Shown here in pieces: positions 1 through 8,766 of a stretch of DNA of 32,000 nt. The notes beneath the pieces were generated by a model that saw nothing but the letters and a program-made list of their open reading frames with translations, did not search any database and was not told the DNA's origin. The stretch covers positions 240,001 through 272,000 of the forward strand of contig JAPZAR010000027.1 of NCBI GenBank assembly GCA_027460535.1, written 5' to 3'. The translations under genes were made by a program, and so were the position numbers. Source of the stretch: Candidatus Methanoperedens sp. (GTDB lineage: Archaea > Halobacteriota > Methanosarcinia > Methanosarcinales > Methanoperedenaceae). How positions within the stretch are numbered: the first letter of the stretch is position 1; every line of letters starts with the position of its first letter.

Positions 1-558
1 GGTCATGGGGTGTGCGGGTCTGACGGGATGAGGATAAATGGCACGAGCTCCCTCGCATGCCAGAAGCTGGTCAAGGATTTTAAAGAGAATGAGGAGGTGC
101 TGATCGAGCCCTTACAGGTGTTCAGGGTGCTAAAGGACCTGGTTGTGGATATGGATCCATTCTTTGAAAGATACAATTCCATCAAACCTTATCTTATCAT
201 AGCAACTCCTCCACCGGATAAAGAGCGGCCCCAGTCCATTGAAGAGCACCAGAAGTTTGAGGATGCCATCCGCTGCATTCTGTGCGCCTGCTGCACTGCT
301 TCTTGCCCTGTCAATCAGGATAAAGCCACGCAGGCGTATATCGGTCCTGCTGCGCTTGTCCGGGCATTTCGGTATCTTTTCGATTCAAGGGATGAAGGTT
401 CGAAAGAGAGGATCGCCCTGCTGGACGATAAGGACGGGGCGTGGGGATGCCAGACAAAGTGGATGTGCACAAGAGTATGTCCCAAGGAGATACCTGTTAC
501 GAAAGAGATATTCGAAGTCAAAAAGCGTATTCTGGAGAGCAGGGAAGTGAAAAAATAA
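1..558 (+). CDS. sdhB: Succinate dehydrogenase/fumarate reductase iron-sulfur subunit, 5'-truncated by the window edge
   Basis: Frame 1 is open from nt 1 (GHGVCGSDGMRINGTSSLAC, the 2Fe-2S region with the CGSDG Asp variant known from E. coli SdhB). It is followed by CILCACCTASCP (4Fe-4S) and CQTKWMCTRVCP (3Fe-4S) motifs. Stop at 556-558. Confidence 0.9.
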   Translation, partial: GHGVCGSDGMRINGTSSLACQKLVKDFKENEEVLIEPLQVFRVLKDLVVDMDPFFERYNSIKPYLIIATPPPDKERPQSIEEHQKFEDAIRCILCACCTASCPVNQDKATQAYIGPAALVRAFRYLFDSRDEGSKERIALLDDKDGAWGCQTKWMCTRVCPKEIPVTKEIFEVKKRILESREVKK

Positions 559-594
559 TTAAAAAAACCTGTCCGCGATTTCAAATGCCCCGGG

Positions 595-603
595 TTTTCT
601 TTT
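595..603 (+). terminator. Candidate oligo-T archaeal terminator after sdhB
   Basis: ttttctttt run directly after the short palindrome cccggg, about 40 nt downstream of the sdhB stop. Archaeal terminators are oligo-T tracts. Not tested. Confidence 0.25.
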
Positions 604-641
604 CGGAAAGTGTTTTCCCTGCCATGTATTCCAACCTCCGC

Positions 642-666
642 TTAACACGTGTTATTTTCGTGTTAA
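642..666. promoter_or_regulatory. 8-bp inverted repeat TTAACACG-n9-CGTGTTAA (contains the palindrome ACACGTGT) upstream of citrate synthase
   Basis: Read directly: ttaacacg tgttatttt cgtgttaa. It abuts the A/T-rich box ttaattaaatag (663-674), about 75-100 nt upstream of ATG 740. Candidate operator. Confidence 0.3.
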
Positions 667-739
667 TTAAATAGATTCTGTTCCGTATGATAAAACTTAT
701 TATCTGCCGAGTCCTTCTAAAAAGCAGGGGTGGTCATAC

Positions 740-1912
740 ATGCCGGAAACCAAAGATATCGGATTAAGGGGTGTCCCTGTTGCTGATACAAAAATAAGTG
801 CAGTGGATGGGGAAAAAGGGAGATTGATCTACCGTGGATATGAGATCGAGGCACTTGCTGAAAATTCAACCTATGAAGAAACAGTCTATTTGATGCTCTA
901 TGAGACCCTTCCCACAAGGAAAGAATTAGAAATATTTAAAGAGACCCTCGCTTCCGAAAGGCAGCTTCCGGCAGGGATCATCCGGCATTTGAAAAAGAGG
1001 AAAAAGACTGCCCATGCAATGGATGTTCTCCAATCCGTGATTCCAATGCTTGCAGATTTCGATGATACTACAAGGGCAAGCACAAAAGCCGCCCAGATAA
1101 AAACCTCTGTACGGCTTGTAGCCAAAATGGCAACTGTGGTTGCGTACTGGGACAGGATCCGTAAGAATCTTGATATAATGAAACCGGATGAAACACTGGG
1201 GGCGGCAGCAAACTTCCTGTATATGCTGAACGGGGAAATACCTGATAAGGAGACCGCAAAGGATTTTGATATCTGTCTTGTGCTTCATGCCGAACACTCC
1301 TTTAATGCCTCTACTTTCGCTGCGAGGGTGGTGGCATCGACACACGCCCATATGTATGCGTGCGCCGGGGCTGCACTTGGTGCGCTTTCAGGTGAACTCC
1401 ACGGGGGAGCCAATGCCCAGGTAATGAAAATGCTTTCTGATATCGACAGGTTGGACCGGGTCGAGAAGTGGATAAATTCAAAACTGGATGCTGGAGAAAA
1501 GATCATGGGCATGGGCCATGCGGTGTATAAGACCTGGGATCCTCGTGCAAAGATACTATCTGGCATTTCAGAAAAACTTGCGGAAAGGACAGGAAATACA
1601 AAATGGTTCGATCTGTCCCGGAAAATTGAAAGTGTAACCAGAGCGGAATTTAAAAAGCGCAAAGGAAAAGAAATCTATCCGAATGTGGATTTTTACAGTC
1701 CTTCTATTTACTGCATAATGGGGATTGATCCTGACCTCTTTACCCCGGTATTTGCTGTTTCAAGGATCGCAGGATGGTGCGCGCATATTATTGAAGAGAA
1801 ATTTGCCGAAGCGCAGCCAAAAGCCGTCATTTACAGGCCGGAAGCTGAATATATCGGAAGATATTGCGGGCTTGAAGGATGCAAGTACATGCCTTTAGAG
1901 AAACGCGAATAA
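740..1912 (+). CDS. gltA: Citrate synthase (390 aa, small archaeal/Gram-positive type)
   Basis: Full-length ORF with the citrate synthase signature [29 protein letters not shown] and a catalytic-region NVDFYS motif. SD-like GGGGTGG lies 7 nt upstream of the ATG. Confidence 0.95.
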   Translation: MPETKDIGLRGVPVADTKISAVDGEKGRLIYRGYEIEALAENSTYEETVYLMLYETLPTRKELEIFKETLASERQLPAGIIRHLKKRKKTAHAMDVLQSVIPMLADFDDTTRASTKAAQIKTSVRLVAKMATVVAYWDRIRKNLDIMKPDETLGAAANFLYMLNGEIPDKETAKDFDICLVLHAEHSFNASTFAARVVASTHAHMYACAGAALGALSGELHGGANAQVMKMLSDIDRLDRVEKWINSKLDAGEKIMGMGHAVYKTWDPRAKILSGISEKLAERTGNTKWFDLSRKIESVTRAEFKKRKGKEIYPNVDFYSPSIYCIMGIDPDLFTPVFAVSRIAGWCAHIIEEKFAEAQPKAVIYRPEAEYIGRYCGLEGCKYMPLEKRE

Positions 1913-1914
1913 GA

Positions 1915-2982
1915 ATGTTTCCAAATTTTAAAGCGAAAAACTTGATACTAAAATTTAAAGAAATTTTGAAAAATGAGGTGAGTGACCTTTACCCGGGTTA
2001 TTTTGCCTTTATCATGGCAACCGGCATAGTCTCCATTGCATCTTATTTACAGGGAATGTCTTCGCTGGCCAGGGCACTTTTTTTCATCAATATTTTGGGT
2101 TACGTGGTTTTGTGGATTCTCACTCTGCTTCGCCTCTTCTGGCACTTTCCCAAATTCTTTTCCGATTTAATTTCCCATATCCGCGGCCCGGGATTTTTTA
2201 CACTGGTAGCGGGTACGTGCATTCTTGGGAACGAGTTCGTGCTCATTTCACAGGATTTGACCACTGCATTTTTTCTCCTGATTATCGGAACATTTCTCTG
2301 GCTTATACTGATATACGGGTTCTTTACGGCTGTCATTGTACGGGACTCAAAACCCGATCTGGAAGCAGGGATCCACGGGGGGTGGTTCATTTCTATCGTA
2401 GCTACTCAATCCGTTTCGGTTCTTGGAGCTTTGGTCGCCTCCAGGTTTTTTCCATGGCAGGAATATTTCCTTTTTCTCTCGCTTGGCCTTTTCCTTCTTG
2501 GCTCCATGCTATACATAATTATTATAACTCTTGTCTTCTACAGGCTTACATTCTTTAACCTCACTCCCGAATCATTCATACCTCTTTATTGGGTAGATAT
2601 GGGCGCCGCAGCTATTACCACACTGACGGGAGGGAGGCTTATCCTTGCCTCCGGGAATTGGGCATTTTTGCAGGAAATCCTTCCATTTCTTAAAGGATTT
2701 ACCCTGTTTTTCTGGGCCACAGCAACATGGTGGATACCCCTCCTGTTGATCCTGAGCTCATGGCGCCACCTGTACAAACGGTTCCCCCTGAGCTATGACC
2801 CCCAATACTGGAGCCTTGTATTTCCTCTGGGCATGTACACAGCGAGCACTTACGTATTTGCAGAGGCTACAGGACTGGCGCCGTTATACCTGATTTCCCG
2901 GTATTTCATATACGCGGCTTTACTTGCATGGTTCGTTACTTTTATCGGGATGGTGAGAAGGATTGTGAATGAAATTTATTGA
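1915..2982 (+). CDS. TDT-family (TehA/Mae1/SLAC1-like) C4-dicarboxylate/anion transporter, about 10 TM helices
   Basis: 355-aa, very hydrophobic ORF with about 10 hydrophobic segments. Pattern typical of the tellurite-resistance/dicarboxylate transporter family ([44 protein letters not shown]). I place the start at ATG 1915, 3 nt after the gltA stop, rather than at track start 1879, which overlaps gltA. Confidence 0.7.
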   Translation: MFPNFKAKNLILKFKEILKNEVSDLYPGYFAFIMATGIVSIASYLQGMSSLARALFFINILGYVVLWILTLLRLFWHFPKFFSDLISHIRGPGFFTLVAGTCILGNEFVLISQDLTTAFFLLIIGTFLWLILIYGFFTAVIVRDSKPDLEAGIHGGWFISIVATQSVSVLGALVASRFFPWQEYFLFLSLGLFLLGSMLYIIIITLVFYRLTFFNLTPESFIPLYWVDMGAAAITTLTGGRLILASGNWAFLQEILPFLKGFTLFFWATATWWIPLLLILSSWRHLYKRFPLSYDPQYWSLVFPLGMYTASTYVFAEATGLAPLYLISRYFIYAALLAWFVTFIGMVRRIVNEIY

Positions 2983-3127
2983 GCCCGCAAAAATAAGAGA
3001 GTTTCAATCGCTGCAAACATTTCAACACAGAATATGACGCGATAAACATTTTCAGTAATCCATGCGGACGATGTCCATAAGTCTTATATGAAGTGCACTC
3101 CTATATTAAAATGGGAGTGAAAAAATT

Positions 3128-3562
3128 ATGGTACAGCAAGATAACCTCCAATTAATGAAAACGTTGGACGATGCATGGAATTCCCAGGACTGGGAAATAT
3201 TTGGCAAACGTCATGCCGAAAATGTCGCAGTATACTGGCCAGGTCAACCAAATCCAACAAAAGGACGAAAGGCACATCACGATGAGGCTGTGGAGTTTTT
3301 CAAGACATTTCCTGATAACCATATCGTGAACAACCCTTATAAGATTCTTTTCGGTCAGGGTGACTACACATGCTCAGTAGCTGAATTTACAGGCACAATG
3401 AAAGGACCCATGAAGGGTCCCGGCGGCAAAATGATTCCATCCACGAACAAAAAATTCCGGGTAGAGTTTTGCACGGTCGCCCACTGGAAGAATGGGGAAA
3501 TCATCGAGGAGAAGCTCTTCTACGATCTGGTGGGATTGATGAGGCAGATTGGACTGGGTTAA
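3128..3562 (+). CDS. SnoaL-like / NTF2-fold protein (predicted ester cyclase family)
   Basis: 144 aa. N-terminal LMKTLDDAWNSQDWEIFGKRHAENVAVYWPG and C-terminal FCTVAHWKNGEIIEEKLFYD match the SnoaL/ester-cyclase NTF2-like pattern. SD-like GGGAGTGA upstream. Confidence 0.65.
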   Translation: MVQQDNLQLMKTLDDAWNSQDWEIFGKRHAENVAVYWPGQPNPTKGRKAHHDEAVEFFKTFPDNHIVNNPYKILFGQGDYTCSVAEFTGTMKGPMKGPGGKMIPSTNKKFRVEFCTVAHWKNGEIIEEKLFYDLVGLMRQIGLG

Positions 3563-3591
3563 ATGGTGCATCATTATAACAAAAGATCTTT

Positions 3592-4176
3592 ATGAACAAA
3601 ACCGAAATAAAATCACGGATTTTTAATGGACTGCTTTTTCCGATACCAGGGGAGTATGCAATTGACCCCATACACAGCTTCACCTGCTTTATTGCACAAC
3701 ATCTTATGGTCGGGCAGATATGGGGATGCTTTGACTCGTTCAAAGGAAAGATCGTGATAGAAGACGATCCAACACTGTCATCTCTTGATATCAGTATTGA
3801 CACAGCGAGTATCAGCACCCACAACCCAAAACGCGATGAGGACATCCGCAGTGCAAGTTTCCTGGACGTGAAGAAATTTCCAACAATGACCTATCACAGC
3901 ACCAGTGCTACAGCTGAACCCGGAGGGCATTTGACGGTTGAAGGTGAACTGACAGTTCGCGATGTCACGAGGCCGGTACCCCTTGATGTAGTTTTTAATG
4001 GCATCGTTGACGATCCCTGGGGCAACACCCGAATTGCTTTCATCGGGAACGCAAAGATTAGCCGTAAAGACTTTGGCCTGATGACCGAATTGAATCGGGA
4101 AACAGGCGGGTTTCTGGTCGGAAAGGATATTATTATTAACATTGCCACTGAACTCCTGCCCCAAACGAACGCATGA
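3592..4176 (+). CDS. YceI-like polyisoprenoid/lipid-binding protein, no signal peptide
   Basis: 194 aa with YceI-family blocks: IDPIHSFTCF, SASFLDVKKFPTMTYHSTS, GELTVRDVTRPVPLDV and KISRKDFGL. The N-terminus is not hydrophobic. Confidence 0.8.
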   Translation: MNKTEIKSRIFNGLLFPIPGEYAIDPIHSFTCFIAQHLMVGQIWGCFDSFKGKIVIEDDPTLSSLDISIDTASISTHNPKRDEDIRSASFLDVKKFPTMTYHSTSATAEPGGHLTVEGELTVRDVTRPVPLDVVFNGIVDDPWGNTRIAFIGNAKISRKDFGLMTELNRETGGFLVGKDIIINIATELLPQTNA

Positions 4177-4201
4177 CGCTTGTATTCAGGTTTTGGTCAT
4201 A

Positions 4202-7030
4202 ATGTCAAGTAAAGTGATAGCAAAAGAACCGGGGAAAGATGACCAGCCCGAATCTCTAAAAAAGGCATCATCAGCACCATCGACAGAAACCCTGGCGGCG
4301 AGGCACGATCGTGCCCGAGCTCTCCTTGAGCGGGGGGCGCAGGCAGCAAAGCATGCATTGTCACTTGACCTTCTGGAAAAGGTACATGACCCTGTTGGTG
4401 AATATCCCTACAGGGGATGGGAAACGCTGCACCGTGAGCAGTGGAAATACGATTCTTTTGGCAGGACCACACATTCGATCAACTGCACAGGTTCCTGTAC
4501 GTGGAAGGTCTATGTCAGGAACAACATTGCATTCAAGGAGGAGCAATACGCTGATTATCCGGATATCAACTCAACTCTTCCCACCTACAACCCGAGAGGA
4601 TGCCAGAAGGGCGCAAATTACAAAGAATATGTTTACGGCCCGCAGCGGGTGAAGTATCCCCTGATACGGACAGGCAAAAGAGGTGAAGGAAAATGGCGAA
4701 AAGCCTCATGGGAAGAAGCTCTGAATTACATTGCGGACAAGATTGTTTCTGCCATATCCAATCACGGCCCCGATACAGTGACTTTCTATTCAGCCAATCC
4801 CGCAAAGTTCCTGGTTTCCTATGCCGCAGGCGCGCGCCTGGCAAACCTCATCGGCGGCGTGGTATGCACGTTCTATGATTGGGTTTCCGACCTGCCGCCC
4901 GGCGAGCCAATGACATGGGGTGTGCAAACCGATTCTTGCGAAGCAGCAGACTGGTTTAATTCAAAATATATCATAATCTGGGGTTCAAACCTGCTCGAGA
5001 CAAGGATTCCTGATGCTCATTTTGTGACCGCAGCACGAATGCATGGGACAAAGATAGTTTCTATCTCTACTGAATATAATCCCGTCTCGATACATGCGGA
5101 TATATTCATCCCGGTAAAACCCGGAACTGACGGCGCCTTGGCCCTTGGCATGGCAAATGTCATAGTGAACGGGAAGTTATATGACGAGAACTACCTGAAA
5201 CGGTTCACCGACATGCCAATGCTTGTGAGGACTGATAACGGGAAGTTCCTCAGGGAGAGCGACGTCGTACCTGGTGGAAAGACGGGTAATTTCTATTTCT
5301 GGGATGAAAACACACAAAAACCTGAACTGGCTCCCGGTACAGTTGATTGCCTGGAAAAAACCCTTGACCTTGGCGCAATAAATCCTGCACTTGTTGGAAC
5401 TTTCATGGTAGATACACTTTCAGGGAATGTAGAAGTAACAACTGTTTTTTCACTTCTCAAACAGAAACTCAATGACTACGAACCCGCAAGCGTTTCCAGC
5501 ATTACAGGAGTTGACGCTGACCTCATCATCCAGGTGGCCCGCGAGTTTGCAGGTGCAAAACCTGCCAGGATCATCGAGGGTGCAGGTGTAAACCACTATT
5601 ATCACAATGATCTTATCAACAGGAGCATGATCCTGCTTGCTGCCCTAACAGGTAATGTCGGCATCCCCGGCGGGGGGTTTGATCACTATGTAGGCCAGGA
5701 AAAATTCTGGTGCGAGGAGGGATTTTTCAAACTTGCTTTTCCTCTTGGCAATAAAAAGCAAAGATTCCAGCCAACCACACTGTGGACATACGTACACTCG
5801 AACATAGAAGCAGACCCGGAAAGCCATGACCTCTGGCCGCGCCCCATCAAAGAATACATACGCGAAAGTGTGGATAATGGCTGGATGCCGTTATATCCCG
5901 GAGGAACTCTTGACAACGGTAACACTCCCCGCGTCCTTATCGTATGGGGGGCCAACTTTCTTAACCAGGCCAAAGGTGCAGAATCCATACTGGCCAACCT
6001 CTGGCCCAGGCTTGACCTTGTAGTGGATATTGACTTTCGCATGAACACGACAGGTTTATATGCGGATGTGATACTGCCTTCTGCAAGCATGTTCGAGAAA
6101 TGGGATCTGAGTACAACTGACCTTCACTCCTACATCAACCCGTTCACTCCAATAATACCTCCGCAGCTTGATAGCAAAACAGACTGGCAGATATTTTCGC
6201 ATCTTGCCCGTGCACTTTCTGACACAAAATTCTCTTTTACAGATACGATGCCCGATGGTTCCATCACCAATCGTGATTTTTCATCACTTGTGAATGATTT
6301 CACTGCAAATGACACGCTTGCGGAAGACAAGAACGCAGGGCAGTTCATCCTGGATAATTCATTGGAAACAAAAGGTATGACAATGGATATGCTGAACGAG
6401 CAGCCCAGGCGTTTTGTGGCTACTGATAAAGGGTGGACGAGCGATATAAAAGAAGGGGAAGCCTACTACGCTTTCCAGAGGATGTACGAATTGAAACGAC
6501 CTCTTAGCACACTTACGGGACGGCAGCAGTTCTATATCGACCATGACTGGTTTTTGAGAGAGTTCCATGAGGAACTGCCCGTATACAAACCGCCTGTGGA
6601 CGGGAAAAAATACCCGCTTCGCTTTCTCACCCCGCACGGGCGGTGGAGCATTCATTCCCTGTGGCGGGATGCAAAATATCAGCTGAGGTTGCAGAGGGGT
6701 TATCCCATCGTGTACTTAAACCCGGATGATTCTTCGGCCCGCGGACTTTCGGACAACGATCCTGTTGAAATCTACAACGACTGCGGGACAATGATTGCAC
6801 ACCTGTGCATTTCGCCGCGGATGCCGAAAGGCCTGGCATTAATGTATCAGGGCTGGGAGCGCTACACATTCAATGAGGGCGGCTTCCAGAGCCCCATGAC
6901 TATCCGCATCAAGCCGACCCAGCTTGTGGGAGGTTACGGGCAGCTAAAGTTTAAGCCAAATTACTGGGGGCCTACCGGGAACCAGAAGGATACCCGCGTG
7001 GAAATCCGAAAATCCATGGAGGTTCAGTGA
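4202..7030 (+). CDS. narG: Type II DMSO-reductase-family molybdopterin oxidoreductase, alpha subunit (NarG/EbdA-like, 942 aa); substrate not assignable from sequence
   Basis: RTTHSINCTGSCTWKVYVRN is the H-x3-C-x3-C FS0 cluster motif (E. coli NarG has STHGVNCTGSCSWKIYVKN). TFYDWVSDLPPGEPMTWG matches the NarG block carrying the Asp Mo ligand. The size is that of the short type II clade. Start set at ATG 4202, because track start 4142 overlaps the YceI gene. No RR Tat motif. Confidence 0.9.
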   Translation: MSSKVIAKEPGKDDQPESLKKASSAPSTETLAARHDRARALLERGAQAAKHALSLDLLEKVHDPVGEYPYRGWETLHREQWKYDSFGRTTHSINCTGSCTWKVYVRNNIAFKEEQYADYPDINSTLPTYNPRGCQKGANYKEYVYGPQRVKYPLIRTGKRGEGKWRKASWEEALNYIADKIVSAISNHGPDTVTFYSANPAKFLVSYAAGARLANLIGGVVCTFYDWVSDLPPGEPMTWGVQTDSCEAADWFNSKYIIIWGSNLLETRIPDAHFVTAARMHGTKIVSISTEYNPVSIHADIFIPVKPGTDGALALGMANVIVNGKLYDENYLKRFTDMPMLVRTDNGKFLRESDVVPGGKTGNFYFWDENTQKPELAPGTVDCLEKTLDLGAINPALVGTFMVDTLSGNVEVTTVFSLLKQKLNDYEPASVSSITGVDADLIIQVAREFAGAKPARIIEGAGVNHYYHNDLINRSMILLAALTGNVGIPGGGFDHYVGQEKFWCEEGFFKLAFPLGNKKQRFQPTTLWTYVHSNIEADPESHDLWPRPIKEYIRESVDNGWMPLYPGGTLDNGNTPRVLIVWGANFLNQAKGAESILANLWPRLDLVVDIDFRMNTTGLYADVILPSASMFEKWDLSTTDLHSYINPFTPIIPPQLDSKTDWQIFSHLARALSDTKFSFTDTMPDGSITNRDFSSLVNDFTANDTLAEDKNAGQFILDNSLETKGMTMDMLNEQPRRFVATDKGWTSDIKEGEAYYAFQRMYELKRPLSTLTGRQQFYIDHDWFLREFHEELPVYKPPVDGKKYPLRFLTPHGRWSIHSLWRDAKYQLRLQRGYPIVYLNPDDSSARGLSDNDPVEIYNDCGTMIAHLCISPRMPKGLALMYQGWERYTFNEGGFQSPMTIRIKPTQLVGGYGQLKFKPNYWGPTGNQKDTRVEIRKSMEVQ

Positions 7031-8058
7031 TGCCCGTACAAAAACAGATAAGGATGGTGGCTGACCTTAACAAGTGTCTTGGTTGCCATACCTGTACCAT
7101 GGCATGCAAGACCATGTGGACTGACAGGAACAGCGGCCAGATGCATATGTACTGGAACAATGTGGAAACCCGGCCCGGCAATGGTTACCCGAAGAACTGG
7201 GAAACCCAGGGAGGATGGTTTGATACAAAGGACAAAAACAGCATACCGCTTCCAAGTATTAACGAAGGCTACGGCGCGCCCTGGGAATATAACTATGGCG
7301 ATGTATTGAAAACCGATGGAGGAGATGCCTCAGCATCGGCATTGATCCCAAAACCCAAACCTTCAGGATACGCAAGCAACTGGGACGAGGATGTGGGCGA
7401 TGGAACCTTCCCCAATTCCTATTATTTTTACCTTCCGCGCATATGCAACCACTGCAGCGACCCCCCATGCGTGGATGCCTGCCCGCGCCAGGCGGTCTAC
7501 AAGCGCAAGGAAGACGGGATCGTCCTTGTTGATCAGAAACGATGCAGGGGTTACCGTTATTGTATTAAAGGATGCCCCTATAAAAAAATATACTATAATC
7601 CGGATGAAAAAATAGCCCAGAAGTGCATATTCTGCTATCCCAGGATCGAGCAGCATAAAGGTAACTTATGCGCAACCCAGTGTGTTGGACGGATACATTA
7701 TGTAGGCTTTGCAGACGATACTGCCAGCAGCGTGTATAAACTTGTGAATACATGGAAAGTGGCTTTGAGGCTGCATCCTGAATTTAAAACCGAACCTAAC
7801 GTATTTTATATTCCACCTCTTTCTCCGCCTGCTTATACCAGGGCAGGCAAGCTTGCAGAAGAGCCACGCATTCCTGTTGAGATGCTTGCAAAATTGTTCG
7901 GTGACACGCCAGACCAGACCCTCGATAAGCGCGCAGAGAGAATTACAGAGATATTTTACATCATCCAGACCGAACGGGAAAAAGTGGCAAAAGGTGAAAG
8001 TTCGGAATTGATAGACCTATTAATTCCGCATTCTGAAGCTGATAGGATCCAGGTGTGA
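7030..8058 (+). CDS. narH: Type II DMSO-reductase-family iron-sulfur beta subunit (NarH/EbdB-like, four Fe-S clusters)
   Basis: Four Cys groups: CLGCHTCTMACK, CNHCSDPPCVDACP, CRGYRYCIKGCPYKKIYYN (E. coli NarH has CRGWRMCITGCPYKKIYFN, the 3Fe-4S site) and CIFCYPRIEQHKGNLCATQCVGR. ATG 7030 shares one base with the alpha stop (TGATG). Confidence 0.92.
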   Translation: MPVQKQIRMVADLNKCLGCHTCTMACKTMWTDRNSGQMHMYWNNVETRPGNGYPKNWETQGGWFDTKDKNSIPLPSINEGYGAPWEYNYGDVLKTDGGDASASALIPKPKPSGYASNWDEDVGDGTFPNSYYFYLPRICNHCSDPPCVDACPRQAVYKRKEDGIVLVDQKRCRGYRYCIKGCPYKKIYYNPDEKIAQKCIFCYPRIEQHKGNLCATQCVGRIHYVGFADDTASSVYKLVNTWKVALRLHPEFKTEPNVFYIPPLSPPAYTRAGKLAEEPRIPVEMLAKLFGDTPDQTLDKRAERITEIFYIIQTEREKVAKGESSELIDLLIPHSEADRIQV

Positions 8059-8105
8059 ACGAAATATGAAAATTTATCCTTCATTTAGAAATCCATAGGA
8101 GGTTC

Positions 8106-8756
8106 ATGCCGCCAGGCGAGACATCTTCAACAATTACGGTCGCATTTGTATCAGGGTCGAAAGCTCTTGATCCGGTGGATCCAGCCTGGGCAGTTGCTCC
8201 TGAAGCCACAATAGATTTCAGCAGGAGGCTCAACGAAGCTGGTGCAAGAACCACATTCGGGCCGGATGAGATCAGGCATGCAAAAGTGAAAGCGGTGCAT
8301 AACGGAACTGATATTTTTTTCTTCTATCAATGGAACGCTGTTACAGAAAATAATTCAGTAGCTGATTATCCCATCTTTGCGGATGCTTTTGCCATGGAGA
8401 TCCCTCTCTTCACAGAAGATAGTCCTCTCTGGATGGGTGCCATGGACAAACCTGTCAACATCATTTTCTGGAGAGCCGATCTGCCGAGGCCCGAGAATAT
8501 TGTCGCCGGCGGAATGGGGACCACCCAAATCAGCCCTGATGAAGCTTCCCAGAACATCAGGCATTACCAGAAATGGGAAAATGAAACCTGGAGCTTGATC
8601 ATAACCCGGCCGATGGCCCAAGCTTCAGAAAACCAGGTCTCCTTTATCCGCGGGAGAAGTTACAGGATAGCCTTTGCTAATTGGAAAGGCGGAGTGTATG
8701 CAGAAAGGGGCGGGCACAAAATAGTTTCGGAGTGGCAAAATCTTTCTATCCAGTGA
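8106..8756 (+). CDS. EbdC/DdhC/SerC-like gamma subunit (heme-b-binding EB_dh domain), lacking a signal peptide
   Basis: 216 aa in the position of the third operon gene. Mature-domain-like start (ALDPVDPAWAVAPE), and candidate Met/Lys heme ligands in FADAFAMEIPLF and ANWKGGVYAERGGHKIV. GGAGG lies 5 nt upstream of ATG 8106. An in-frame TGA at 8067-8069, with no start codon in between, rules out a longer N-terminus. Confidence 0.7.
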   Translation: MPPGETSSTITVAFVSGSKALDPVDPAWAVAPEATIDFSRRLNEAGARTTFGPDEIRHAKVKAVHNGTDIFFFYQWNAVTENNSVADYPIFADAFAMEIPLFTEDSPLWMGAMDKPVNIIFWRADLPRPENIVAGGMGTTQISPDEASQNIRHYQKWENETWSLIITRPMAQASENQVSFIRGRSYRIAFANWKGGVYAERGGHKIVSEWQNLSIQ

Positions 8757-8766
8757 TTCGATCAAT

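Noticed and set aside
1879-1914. Longer form of the transporter ORF overlapping gltA
   Set aside because: ATG 1915, directly after the gltA stop, precedes the first hydrophobic segment. The 12 extra codons overlap gltA.
4142-4201. Track start of the NarG-like ORF at 4142
   Set aside because: It overlaps the last 35 nt of the YceI-like gene and adds a Cys/His-rich non-signal peptide. ATG 4202 is the first start after the YceI stop. Neither start yields a Tat motif.
4300-4345. AARHDRARALLERG as a possible degenerate twin-arginine signal
   Set aside because: There are no consecutive RR, no following hydrophobic h-region and no A-x-A cleavage site. It is more like the vestigial chaperone-binding N-tail known from cytoplasmic E. 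coli NarG.
5686-6090. Antisense or alternative-frame ORFs of 60-160 aa inside confident genes (e.g. 926-1351, 1285-1662, 5686-6090, 11602-11946, 13467-13859, 16121-16585, 31298-31780, 239-550)
   Set aside because: They are shadow ORFs within genes that have strong family motifs. Their translations are low-complexity (Ser/Arg/Pro-rich) with no recognisable motifs or start-site signals.
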